Shown here piece by piece: positions 1 to 7,197 of a stretch of DNA of 64,000 nucleotides. The position numbers were made by a program, and so were the translations under genes. The stretch is taken from assembly GCA_020059745.1 (NCBI GenBank), contig JAGVBK010000004.1, forward strand, positions 26,932 through 90,931, given 5' to 3'. The notes below the pieces were generated by a model. That model ran no database searches, was not told the origin of the DNA, and saw nothing but the letters and a program-made list of their open reading frames with translations. The number at the start of each line of letters is the position of its first letter. The stretch's first letter is position 1. This DNA comes from Candidatus Shapirobacteria bacterium. GTDB taxonomy: Bacteria; Patescibacteriota; Microgenomatia; UM-FILTER-40-11.

Positions 1-1647
1 GGTCTCTGAAGTCTCCCTTTGCGGACCAAGGTAAACTGCTCCCAAGTCGCTCATGCCAAAATCAACTACCATAGCCCGGGCAATTTTTGTAGCCTGGGAA
101 ATGTCGTTGGCAGCCCCGGTAGTCATTTCGGAAAAGATAAGCTCTTCAGCCGCCCGGCCACCAAACATTACGGAAATTTGCTCCAAAAGCCTTGTTTTAG
201 TTTCTTGAAAACGATCTCTAACCGGCGGAATTAAAGTGTGACCAAGGCTAATACCGCGGGCAACAATGGAAATTCGATGAACCGGGTCTGCGTTTTTTGA
301 AAAAAAGCTGACTAAAGCATGGCCCGCTTCGTGATAGGCAGTCATTTTTTTGTCTTCCTCAGACTGAAGCCTTCTTTTTTCCGGACCAAGCTTAACCTTA
401 ATGGCTGCTTCTTCTAAGTCGTTGGTGTCAATTTCTTTTTTGCTTGTTCTGGCTGCCAAAATTGCCGCCTCATTAAGCATGTTTTCTAAATCAGCTCCGG
501 AAAAGCCGACTGTTCTTTTGGAAATTTTATCCCAGTTTACTTCTTTGACAAACTTCTTTCCGCGGGCATGAATTGCTAAAATTGCTTTTCTGCCTTCAAT
601 GTCAGGCACATCTAAGGTAACTCTCCTGTCAAACCTGCCCGGCCTTAAAAGAGCTGGATCAAGCAAGTCGCCGCGGTTAGTGGCAGCAATTACCATTACA
701 TTATCATTTGGAGTAAACCCGTCCATTTCCACCAAAATTTGGTTTAAAGTTTGCTCGCGCTCGTCATGACCGCCGTAAAGGCCAGAACCTCTTTGTCTGC
801 CAATAGCATCAATTTCGTCAATAAAAATTATGGCTGGGGCGGCTTTTTTGGCATTGTTAAAAAGATCCCTGACCCGGCTGGCACCAACACCAACAAGCAT
901 TTCCATAAACTCTGAGCCAGCCATGGAGAAAAAAGGCACTCCTGCTTCTCCGGCCACAGCCTTCGCAAGTAAAGTTTTTCCAACGCCGCTTGGCCCAACC
1001 AGCAAAACCCCCTTAGGTGTTCTTGCTCCTAAAAGGCGGTATTTTTGGGGGTGTTTTAAAAAATCAACCACTTCCTGCAGCTCTTCTTTGGCTTCATCTA
1101 CTCCGGCCACATCGGCAAAAGTAATCGCCTGTTTGCCTTTATTAAAAAGTTTTGCTTTTGACTGGCCAAAAGAAAAAATATTATCCTGAGCGCCCTTCGC
1201 CTGTCTGAAAATAAAAAGGAAAAAAGCACCCATTAAAAGAAGGGGCAACAGTGTTCCTAATATTCCTGAAATTACCTGGGCAAAAGACTGATCAATAATG
1301 TTTATGTTAACCGAGGTTGGGTCAATGTCTGCTGCCGAAAAAGTTTGCATCAGGCTTTCGTTGGCTTCTTTTCTGGTAATGAATCTTGACTCGTCTTTAT
1401 AGGTTAAAAGAAGCCTGTCACCGTCAACCGAGATCTCTTTCACCTTGTCTTCCCTCACGTCCGTTAAGGCCCTGGAAAGATCAATCTCTTCTGCTGCTAT
1501 TCCCGGTCTTAACAAAGAGGACAAAAAAGAAAGACCAAGCATAATGATTAAAAACCACACCAATAAATTTTTAGGCGAGAGATTAAAACGAAGCTCGATC
1601 TTTTTTTGTCTTTTTTTGTCTTGACTGCTCTTATTTACTTTTTCCAT
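1..1647 (-). CDS. ftsH: ATP-dependent zinc metalloprotease FtsH; 3' end (C-terminus) runs off the window
   Basis: Minus-strand translation has an N-terminal TM segment, an AAA+ Walker A (GPSGVGKT), Walker B (IIFIDEID) and the HEAGH zinc motif. ATG at 1645-1647. Absent from the ORF track because the stop lies outside the window. Confidence 0.9.
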   Translation of the reverse strand, partial: MEKVNKSSQDKKRQKKIELRFNLSPKNLLVWFLIIMLGLSFLSSLLRPGIAAEEIDLSRALTDVREDKVKEISVDGDRLLLTYKDESRFITRKEANESLMQTFSAADIDPTSVNINIIDQSFAQVISGILGTLLPLLLMGAFFLFIFRQAKGAQDNIFSFGQSKAKLFNKGKQAITFADVAGVDEAKEELQEVVDFLKHPQKYRLLGARTPKGVLLVGPSGVGKTLLAKAVAGEAGVPFFSMAGSEFMEMLVGVGASRVRDLFNNAKKAAPAIIFIDEIDAIGRQRGSGLYGGHDEREQTLNQILVEMDGFTPNDNVMVIAATNRGDLLDPALLRPGRFDRRVTLDVPDIEGRKAILAIHARGKKFVKEVNWDKISKRTVGFSGADLENMLNEAAILAARTSKKEIDTNDLEEAAIKVKLGPEKRRLQSEEDKKMTAYHEAGHALVSFFSKNADPVHRISIVARGISLGHTLIPPVRDRFQETKTRLLEQISVMFGGRAAEELIFSEMTTGAANDISQATKIARAMVVDFGMSDLGAVYLGPQRETSET

Positions 1648-1717
1648 TTAAATCTGAAAAAGAGGATTTTTACTTGCTTTTTCTGGCTAATTTTACCATC
1701 TTTTTAAGCGTTTCACA

Positions 1718-1743
1718 ATAGCCTCAGATTAGCCTCGGAAATG
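1718..1743 (+). promoter_or_regulatory. two phased direct repeats AGCCTCAGATT / AGCCTCGGAAAT (11-bp register) in the ftsH / secreted-protein divergent intergenic region
   Basis: Seen directly. The same AGCYTCAAATT x2 arrangement recurs at 3368-3390. Confidence 0.4.
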
Positions 1744-1910
1744 CCTGGAAACTGCTCGCTTAAAGGACCCATTTTCTTTATCCTCTCCTTGCCATAACTC
1801 TTCAAGGCGTTACAGAAAAATAACTCTTACTGTCTTCATACACCGCTTTAATTAACCTTTTTTTGAAAAATTATAGTTTGACCCTGCATGAGGAAGGAGG
1901 TGAAAAGATA

Positions 1911-2528
1911 ATGATAAAAAAAAGGCTTCTGATAAGTCTGGTGGGGTTTGTCATGATTATTGCCGCTTTTCTCAGCCCAACCTTTGCCGCAACGCCAGTA
2001 CAAGCTCAAGACCTCACTTATGAGATTTTAAGAGGTATCCCTGTTTTACCTCATTGTCCAAAACCTGGAGGAGAGCTGATTGTAAGCCATGACGAAGGCT
2101 TTCACCAAATTCCCGGCAACGGACTCTTGGAAGGCTCGGACCAGGTTTTCCGGGTCGGAGACAGACTGTTCGTGCAGTGTTATTGTCCTCCCGAAGAATC
2201 GGGAATTACCACCGGGATTGAGGCTCAGTGGATTCATGAATCTTACCTGACCCCAGAACAAGAACAATTCGTGCAAGACCTTGGCTGGATAAGGATTGAA
2301 GACGGCACCCAATGGGGCCTTCCCGCCGGAGTTTATTTTGTCAACAACAGTTTCTTTAAGTGTAAGGAAGAAAAAGCTTGTCCAATTATTGACGACAAAA
2401 TTGTTGAAAAGAAAGAAGAGGTAAAGGAAAGAGTTGCAGAGAGAAAAGAGGAACTTAAAGAAAGACTGGCCGAGAGAAAAGAAGAGATTCAGGAAAGAAT
2501 AAATCAAAGACTAAGTTGGCAAATGTAA
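1911..2528 (+). CDS. hypothetical secreted protein with charged EKKEE/ERKEE repeat tail
   Basis: ORF 1863-2528. Internal Met at 1911 is preceded by GGAGGTG. Signal peptide MIKKRLLISLVGFVMIIAAFLSPTFAATPVQAQ. C-terminal coiled-coil-like KEEVKERVAERKEELKERLAERKEE. Confidence 0.6.
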   Translation: MIKKRLLISLVGFVMIIAAFLSPTFAATPVQAQDLTYEILRGIPVLPHCPKPGGELIVSHDEGFHQIPGNGLLEGSDQVFRVGDRLFVQCYCPPEESGITTGIEAQWIHESYLTPEQEQFVQDLGWIRIEDGTQWGLPAGVYFVNNSFFKCKEEKACPIIDDKIVEKKEEVKERVAERKEELKERLAERKEEIQERINQRLSWQM

Positions 2529-2541
2529 CTTAAGTCAAAAA

Positions 2542-2580
2542 ATGTTAAAACCCCCTTCCCTGGGGGTTTTAACATTTTTG
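2542..2580. terminator. intrinsic terminator hairpin, 14-bp stem (ATGTTAAAACCCCC / GGGGGTTTTAACAT), loop TTCCCT, T-tract
   Basis: Perfect inverted repeat seen directly, followed by TTTTTG. Lies between the convergent 1911-2528 gene and tRNA-Trp. Confidence 0.75.
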
Positions 2581-2651
2581 CAGGGGCGGAGGGAATCGGA
2601 CCCCCGATAGGGGTTTTGGAGACCCCTGTTATACCACTTAACTACGCCCCT
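2581..2651 (-). tRNA. tRNA-Trp (anticodon CCA)
   Basis: Reverse complement folds as a cloverleaf. Acceptor AGGGGCG/CGCCCCT+G (same as E. coli tRNA-Trp), D arm GTTA-AGTGGTA-TAAC, anticodon arm GGGGT-CTCCAAA-ACCCC, T arm GGGGG-TCCGATT-CCCTC. No encoded CCA. T-loop has C at position 55. Confidence 0.85.
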
Positions 2652-2792
2652 TAATAAAAAATCCGCCTTGCTGGCGGAAAACAAAAAAGAAGTCCCAGCC
2701 ATACTTCTTTCTATGATAATTTTAACTATTTCCCTTTCTAAAGTCAAATAGACAGTCTTGCTTTTTAGCCTTAAAAATTGTAAATTCTAGCC

Positions 2793-3089
2793 ATGGGTTT
2801 TATTAAAAGAACCGAAGATTTTGTTTGCGAAAATTGTGGCGCTTTGGTTAAAGGAAACGGCTTTACCAACCACTGCCCTAACTGCCTTTTTAGCAAGCAT
2901 GTAGACAAAGAAACTCCCGGAGACAGGAAATCTTCCTGTCTTGGTTTAATGGAACCTGTAGCAGTTGAAACCAAAGCCGGAAGCTTTAGTGTTGTTCACC
3001 GCTGCCTTAAATGCGGGAAAACCATTAAAAACAAAGCTGGTGATAAGGATAATTTTGAGGAACTTTTAAAACTCTCTCAAAAGGGTTGA
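2793..3089 (+). CDS. RNHCP-domain-like small Cys-rich zinc-ribbon protein
   Basis: 98 aa with a TNHCPNC motif plus CENCG and CLKCG cysteine pairs. Recalled similarity to the RNHCP domain family. Confidence 0.5.
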   Translation: MGFIKRTEDFVCENCGALVKGNGFTNHCPNCLFSKHVDKETPGDRKSSCLGLMEPVAVETKAGSFSVVHRCLKCGKTIKNKAGDKDNFEELLKLSQKG

Positions 3090-3116
3090 CCTTGAAGCTA
3101 TTTAAAGCTATAATAT
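3085..3116 (+). promoter_or_regulatory. sigma70-type promoter TTGACC-17 nt-TATAAT driving the downstream tRNA genes
   Basis: TTGACC (3085-3090), 17-nt spacer, TATAAT (~3108-3113). tRNA starts at 3127. Confidence 0.55.
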
Positions 3117-3126
3117 AGTGTATACG

Positions 3127-3196
3127 CGCGGGGTAGTGTAAAGTCGCACGCGAGGCTCATAATCTCGCAGACCAGGCGCAATTCCTGGCCCCGCAA
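3127..3196 (+). tRNA. noncanonical tRNA-like gene with CAU anticodon (Met / Ile2 / initiator-like)
   Basis: Acceptor CGCGGGG/CCCCGCA with a C1·A72 mismatch. U8. D stem GTGT/GCAC with a 6-nt D loop AAAGTC (no GG). Anticodon arm CGAGG-CTCATAA-TCTCG. T arm CCAGG-CGCAATT-CCTGG (no TΨC-type loop). 70 nt, followed by a weak hairpin + T-tract at 3206-3236. Confidence 0.5.
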
Positions 3197-3260
3197 CAAA
3201 ATAAAGCTCCTTAAATTGTTTAGGGGCTTTTTTATTGATATAATCACCTTACTTTTTTAA

Positions 3261-3334
3261 GGCAAGGTAGCTCAGTCGGTCAGAGCGCGGCACTCATAAC
3301 GCCGAGGTCGAGGGTTCGATCCCCTCCCTTGCTA
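3261..3334 (+). tRNA. tRNA-Met (anticodon CAU; elongator Met or Ile2-lysidine type)
   Basis: GGCAAGG acceptor (G1·U72), D arm GCTC-AGTCGGTCA-GAGC, anticodon loop CTCATAA, canonical T arm GAGGG-TTCGATC-CCCTC, discriminator A. Preceded by TATAAT at ~3239. Confidence 0.8.
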
Positions 3335-3367
3335 CTAAAATCTTTTTAAAAAAGGGTGCATTTTTTT

Positions 3368-3390
3368 AGCTTCAAATTAGCCTCAAATTA
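3368..3390 (+). promoter_or_regulatory. two phased direct repeats AGCTTCAAATT / AGCCTCAAATTA upstream of the FemAB-like gene
   Basis: Seen directly; 11-bp register, like OmpR/PhoB-type direct-repeat sites. Confidence 0.4.
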
Positions 3391-3451
3391 ATGATTGACT
3401 TTTCTTTACTTTTTTTTCTTAATTATTAATGTAAAATACTATTTTTTTTGC

Positions 3452-4489
3452 ATGGCTGACAGTAACGACGAAACACTAAAAGAAGACAGCAAGCCTCCCG
3501 GTTTGGACTTTATCTGCTCTTTTTTTAATGCCCAAACAATCGAACCTCTGGAAAGTAACCTCTTGCAAGTAAAAAGGCAAAATGTGGTGGTCAGGGTAGA
3601 AACTAACCTTGAAGTCTGCCGTCAACTTTTTGAAAAATTCAGCCCTAAAAAAACCCTTTTTGAGCTTTGGGGTTTTCGTTACGCTTTTTACCTTGGCTAC
3701 AAAAACCAGCCTGTTTTTCTTATCTTTGAAAAAGCCGGAGAGCCTTTAGGCTTACTTCCTTTGTGGTATGAGAAAGACAAAGACGAGCTTAGGTGGTTCG
3801 GCTCCTGGTGGCAAGAAGGTAACACTTTCTGGTTTAAGGATAAATCAATAATTCCCCTTGTTTTTTCCCTTTTTGAACAAAAAGTGCTTTTAAACGCTTT
3901 AAGCATGGGGGTGAAAACCGCCAGAAGGCTTGGCCTAACCAGCGATGACCCCAAGTTTTTGTTGTCCCTGGAGCAATACCCTTCTCTTGACTCCTTCCTT
4001 TGCCGATTTAACAGAAAAAAAAAGTACAATCTTAACCGCGACCGAAGAATTATCCTAAGCAAAAACCCTAAAACTATCTTTAACCGTTTCGAAGATATTG
4101 AGAGGCTTTTTGAACTGAGCATTAAAAGGTTTGAAAATAAAGACCTTTCTGCTTTTGTTCAAGAACAAAGAAAACAAACCTTTAGAGAGATTATAAGACA
4201 AAAAGGAGAATATGAAATTAGAACAGTTACCACGGAAATTAATAGTGAAGTTGTGGGGGTTGATTTAATTGCCCTTCACAGGGGCGTTTATTATGCCCTT
4301 AATGGCGCCTATGATATTGAAAAACATCCCGGCCTAGGAAACTACACTAACCTTCTTTTAATTCAGGATGCCATTGACCTAGGTATGAAAGCGGTTGATT
4401 TTCTCGAGGTGTCTTATGGTTGGAAGGAAGATTGGTTTAAGCCAATACCTCTTTTCCAGTTTAATAAAATTGAACCTAAAGCTTCTTAA
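3452..4489 (+). CDS. FemAB-like / GNAT-fold acetyltransferase family protein (Acetyltransf_6, CelD/BioF2-like)
   Basis: ORF 3395-4489; likely start is the Met at 3452 (MADSNDE...). Family resemblance is from recall of FemAB/CelD-like proteins; weak. Confidence 0.45.
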   Translation: MADSNDETLKEDSKPPGLDFICSFFNAQTIEPLESNLLQVKRQNVVVRVETNLEVCRQLFEKFSPKKTLFELWGFRYAFYLGYKNQPVFLIFEKAGEPLGLLPLWYEKDKDELRWFGSWWQEGNTFWFKDKSIIPLVFSLFEQKVLLNALSMGVKTARRLGLTSDDPKFLLSLEQYPSLDSFLCRFNRKKKYNLNRDRRIILSKNPKTIFNRFEDIERLFELSIKRFENKDLSAFVQEQRKQTFREIIRQKGEYEIRTVTTEINSEVVGVDLIALHRGVYYALNGAYDIEKHPGLGNYTNLLLIQDAIDLGMKAVDFLEVSYGWKEDWFKPIPLFQFNKIEPKAS

Positions 4490-4845
4490 AAACCAAAATA
4501 TGAAAGCCATTTTTGGAGATTCGAAGGCTCTTTTGGTGCTTCTTTGGGAATTTCCGTAATAATTGGGTCAAAAGTAATTTCGGCTGCACCACTAGCATCG
4601 CCCACTCCTAAAAGCTTTCTTGCCTCTTCGTCAAGAAATTTTGGACTTTGAACTTCTTGAAGCCTTACTTTTAAAGCTTTATTTTTTTCTTCCAGGCTTT
4701 CAAGCTCTTTTTCCTTATCAACAATTTTTTTAGATATTCTTAAGTAAACAAAAACATGTCTTAAACTGCCTATGGCCAGACTAACAGTTATGATAATTAA
4801 AAAAAGAGGGTATATTTTTTTTGCAAAGGAATTTGTTGACATCAA
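4486..4845 (-). CDS. ftsB: septum formation initiator family protein (FtsB/DivIC-like)
   Basis: 119 aa. N-terminal TM helix followed by a coiled coil (KEKELESLEEKNKALKVRLQEVQSP). Confidence 0.6.
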   Translation of the reverse strand: MMSTNSFAKKIYPLFLIIITVSLAIGSLRHVFVYLRISKKIVDKEKELESLEEKNKALKVRLQEVQSPKFLDEEARKLLGVGDASGAAEITFDPIITEIPKEAPKEPSNLQKWLSYFGF

Positions 4846-4876
4846 ACTTGTCTGATGATATTATGGGACAGTATAA

Positions 4877-5740
4877 ATGAACAATTCTATAACCATTAAA
4901 GATGCTTCGGAAAAATTTTCCGAATTTTTAAAAAACCAGAAAAGAGCTTCAGCTACAATATTAGCATACACCAATGATATTGCGCAGTTGGCGAAGTTTC
5001 TTGAAGGAAAAGGAGTAGCGGCAACCACAGCCGTTAATCAGCCATTGCTTGAAGAATTTAAAGAAAACCTAAATTCAAGAGGCTATACTGCCAAATCCGT
5101 TTCCAGAAAAATAAACTCCATAAAAACTTTTTTCCGCTTTCTTAAAACAGAAGGCTATATTGAAACTGACCCGGCTGTTTCCGTTGCCCACCCAAAATAC
5201 GAGGTAAAACCGCCAAGAGTCCTTTCAAAGCTAGAATACCGAGCTTTAAGAGATGCTTGCCGCGGAGATGCCAGAATTTCTGCCATTGTTGAGTTGATGC
5301 TTCAAACCGGAATCAGGATCGGTGAAGTGGCAAACCTGAATTTAGAAGACTACAAAGGAGACGAAATTGTAATTAAGCCCTACGAATCACACGAAGGCAG
5401 AACTATTCCTCTAAACAAAGCTGCCAAAGAAGCTTTAGAAAAATATTTAAAAGAAAGGCCGGAAGTCAAAGAAAATGCTATTTTTGTAACTAAAACTGGC
5501 AGACCTTTTCTTATAAGAAACATTCGCTCTTCTATTGAGCGCTATTTTGAGCTAGCGGGAATCAAGGACGCAAAAGTAAATGATTTAAGGCACACCTGGG
5601 TTTACCATCATTTAGCAGCCGGTACCCCCCTCATTACCATCTCCAAATTGGCAGGACACAAAAGACTTTCCACTACAGAAAAATACCTGAAACTTCTTGG
5701 CGAGAAAAAAGAAGGCGCCGTTAAACTTGAAGAACTATAA
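4877..5740 (+). CDS. xerD: tyrosine site-specific recombinase (XerC/XerD-like integrase)
   Basis: 287 aa. N-terminal SAM-like domain. C-terminal catalytic motifs R...HxxR...Y (LRHTWVYHHLAAGTPLITISKLAGHKRLSTTEKYL). Confidence 0.85.
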   Translation: MNNSITIKDASEKFSEFLKNQKRASATILAYTNDIAQLAKFLEGKGVAATTAVNQPLLEEFKENLNSRGYTAKSVSRKINSIKTFFRFLKTEGYIETDPAVSVAHPKYEVKPPRVLSKLEYRALRDACRGDARISAIVELMLQTGIRIGEVANLNLEDYKGDEIVIKPYESHEGRTIPLNKAAKEALEKYLKERPEVKENAIFVTKTGRPFLIRNIRSSIERYFELAGIKDAKVNDLRHTWVYHHLAAGTPLITISKLAGHKRLSTTEKYLKLLGEKKEGAVKLEEL

Positions 5741-5754
5741 ATTTTTCATCTTAT

Positions 5755-5795
5755 CAAATTAGACCAATTTGTCTAATTAGACTAATTCGTTCTTC
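5755..5795. repeat. repeat cluster R1 made of AATTAGAC/GTCTAATT units (AATTAGAC-CAATTT-GTCTAATT-AGACTAATT)
   Basis: Seen directly 15 bp downstream of the xer stop. Contains a perfect 8-bp inverted pair plus a third unit. Confidence 0.6.
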
Positions 5796-6329
5796 TTTAA
5801 GAATTCTCGTCTCTTTCTAAACAAATTCTCTCTAAATCCCCCCTCCTCTACAAACTTTTTCTCTTGAGCTCTAAGTAATTGATCCAAAAGAAAGGTTTCT
5901 TTATAAATCAGGCAAATCATTAGGTTTGCAAACCCTTCGGGCTTTTCCAAACTCAAATTTGCCCAATTAGACAAATTAGCCAAATTAGTCTCTTTATCAG
6001 TTGTCTCTCGGAAAGCTCTAATCTTCAAAACCCTCTACTATCATTCTTTGACCAAAGGGAAAGTTTTCTTCTCCTTAGAAAGTCCTTAAAATCTTCGAGA
6101 AGTTCACCATAACTGGCCCTCGCCACCCCGGTAAGTTTAATGTTCCCTCAAAACTTTTTTCAAGAGAACCTTCAACAATATTCTGTTTACCTGATCTTGA
6201 GGCCTGGATCATTTGTTCAACCGTCCTTTTTTCAGAATATTCAGGGAGAAATTTCTGACAGAAGAGGATTGTTCCGTCGTCAATCGTTACCGCCAGCCTA
6301 TAAACAAGTAAGCTTTCACACCCTCCCAT
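5777..6329 (-). pseudogene. disrupted four-helix-bundle protein gene (23S rRNA-IVS protein family) in two ORF pieces
   Basis: ORF 6075-6329 (..LVYRLAVTIDDGTILFCQKFLPEYSEKRTVEQMIQASRSGKQNIVEGS) matches the N-terminal half of this family. ORF 5777-6028 (..LLDQLLRAQEKKFVEEGGFRENLFRKRRE) matches the C-terminal half. They are separated by a stop/gap, and repeat R2 is embedded in the second piece. Confidence 0.4.
5958..5990. repeat. repeat cluster R2 (CAATTAGACAAATTAGCCAAATTAGTCTC)
   Basis: Same AATTAG(A/C/T)C units as R1 and R3. Confidence 0.55.
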
Positions 6330-6334
6330 GTTTC

Positions 6335-6369
6335 CAAATTAGACAAATTTTTCCAATTAGTCAAATTAG
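6335..6369. repeat. repeat cluster R3 (AAATTAGACAAATTTTTCCAATTAGTCAAATTAGTGG) abutting the tRNA fragment 3' end
   Basis: Shares TTTGTCTAATT(T)GG (minus reading) with R1 and R2. Lies immediately 3' of tRNA fragment C. Confidence 0.55.
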
Positions 6370-6410
6370 TGGACCAGCTTGGATTCGAACCAAGGACTTC
6401 CAACTTATAA
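6370..6410 (-). pseudogene. tRNA 3' fragment C: anticodon-loop core TTATAA + GTTGG + variable + T arm (CTTGG-TTCGAAT-CCAAG) + acceptor CTGGTCC-A
   Basis: No matching 5' half with a CCAAC anticodon stem is present. The acceptor is complementary to the GGACCAG of fragment X. Confidence 0.5.
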
Positions 6411-6444
6411 TTTGCTTCGCAAAATATACTCTTTGGACCTTGTG

Positions 6445-6485
6445 TGGACGCGCCTGGAATCGGACCAGGGACCTGTTGTTTATAA
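6445..6485 (-). pseudogene. tRNA 3' fragment B: TTATAA + ACAAC + AGGTC + T arm (CCTGG-TCCGATT-CCAGG) + acceptor CGCGTCC-A
   Basis: No complementary 5' acceptor strand (GGACGCG) exists upstream. The ACAAC would pair with GTTGT of fragment X. Confidence 0.5.
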
Positions 6486-6514
6486 CGCACAAAGCGCGGT
6501 ATACCGAATTTGGA

Positions 6515-6589
6515 TGGTGGAGCCAGATGGACTCGAACCATCGACGGCTACTTTATAAGAGTAGTGCTCTACCACTGAGCTATGGCTCC
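6515..6589 (-). tRNA. tRNA-Ile (anticodon UAU), CCA encoded
   Basis: Perfect cloverleaf on the reverse complement: GGAGCCA-TA-GCTC-AGTGGTA-GAGC-A-CTACT-CTTATAA-AGTAG-CCGTC-GATGG-TTCGAGT-CCATC-TGGCTCC-A-CCA. Flanked by the inverted hexamers CGAATT / AATTCG. Confidence 0.85.
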
Positions 6590-6596
6590 AAATTCG

Positions 6597-6634
6597 TTAT
6601 AAGACAACCGCTCTAACCACTGAGTTACTGGTCC
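6597..6634 (-). pseudogene. tRNA 5' half fragment X: acceptor GGACCAG, U8A9, D arm, anticodon 5' stem GTTGT and loop CTTATAA; no contiguous 3' half
   Basis: Reverse complement of 6591-6640 reads AAGTAGGGACCAGTAACTCAGTGGTTAGAGCGGTTGTCTTATAACGAATT. After the loop the sequence runs straight into tRNA-Ile. Confidence 0.5.
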
Positions 6635-6639
6635 CTACT

Positions 6640-7197
6640 TTAGCCCAAAAAGCTTGTATACTTACTTTCCCTATTATACCAAAACCCAGCCTTGTTTTGG
6701 GTTCTGAAACGGTCAGGGAAAATCGGTTTTAGCCAAGCAGAGTGGTGCTCTTTAGGTATTTGGTGAAAAGATAAAGATAAAGAGAGCTCTTCAAAACTGT
6801 CTGCCGGCATAACGGCAACTGACGGAACAGCTCTTTTTTCCTCTTCGTCTAAAAACTGCTGGTAGGTCGGGTCAACCGCAAAGACCTTATCCTTATAAGG
6901 CAGCCTCAAAAAAACATGTTCTTTGTAAAAGCCATTAGGATAAAAAAGCCTGGTATAAACCGGAGACAAAAGAGGAAAAGCTCTTCTTAGCTTTTGCCTC
7001 ATCGCCCATACTATGGAAAAACATTGCTCTGAATCAGGGCCGACTGGTTTTTGCAGTGTTTGAGAAACAAGAAAAAAAGCTTCTGAAGCCGCCTTGTTGA
7101 TGCTTGCACCAATTCCCGATTCATCGCTTTGGTTTACTCTTTCAAGCATTAGAAAGATAATATTATAACCTGGCTCTTTTGGCAATTTCCGCTTCAA
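6640..7197 (-). CDS. hypothetical protein, last gene of the VirB4-like operon
   Basis: 185 aa. Start overlaps the upstream ATPase gene by 35 nt. No recognisable motifs. Confidence 0.5.
   Translation of the reverse strand: MKRKLPKEPGYNIIFLMLERVNQSDESGIGASINKAASEAFFLVSQTLQKPVGPDSEQCFSIVWAMRQKLRRAFPLLSPVYTRLFYPNGFYKEHVFLRLPYKDKVFAVDPTYQQFLDEEEKRAVPSVAVMPADSFEELSLSLSFHQIPKEHHSAWLKPIFPDRFRTQNKAGFWYNRESKYTSFLG

Noticed and set aside
830-1189. 119-aa plus-strand ORF
   Set aside because: It lies antisense within ftsH, whose minus-strand reading carries the unambiguous AAA+/HEAGH motifs. The ORF's low-complexity A/S/P/T translation is a typical shadow ORF.
2046-2507. 153-aa minus-strand ORF
   Set aside because: Antisense to the signal-peptide protein gene at 1911-2528. 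It has no RBS and no motifs.
2535-2747. 70-aa minus-strand ORF
   Set aside because: It overlaps tRNA-Trp and the terminator hairpin.
6140-6616. 158-aa plus-strand and 84-aa minus-strand ORFs across 6140-6616
   Set aside because: They run through the tRNA-Ile gene, the tRNA fragments and the repeat clusters. The region is explained by RNA genes and fragments.
6370-6640. Reading the 5' half + tRNA-Ile + fragment B as one tRNA with an intron in the anticodon loop, a split/permuted tRNA, or a two-piece tmRNA
   Set aside because: Splicing the 5' half to ACAAC of fragment B restores an anticodon stem but leaves a non-complementary acceptor (GGACCAG vs CGCGTCC). Fragment C has a matching acceptor but a non-matching anticodon stem. 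There are no tmRNA tag-reading-frame or pseudoknot features, and the supposed 'intron' would contain a complete mature tRNA. An integration-scar array is the simpler explanation.
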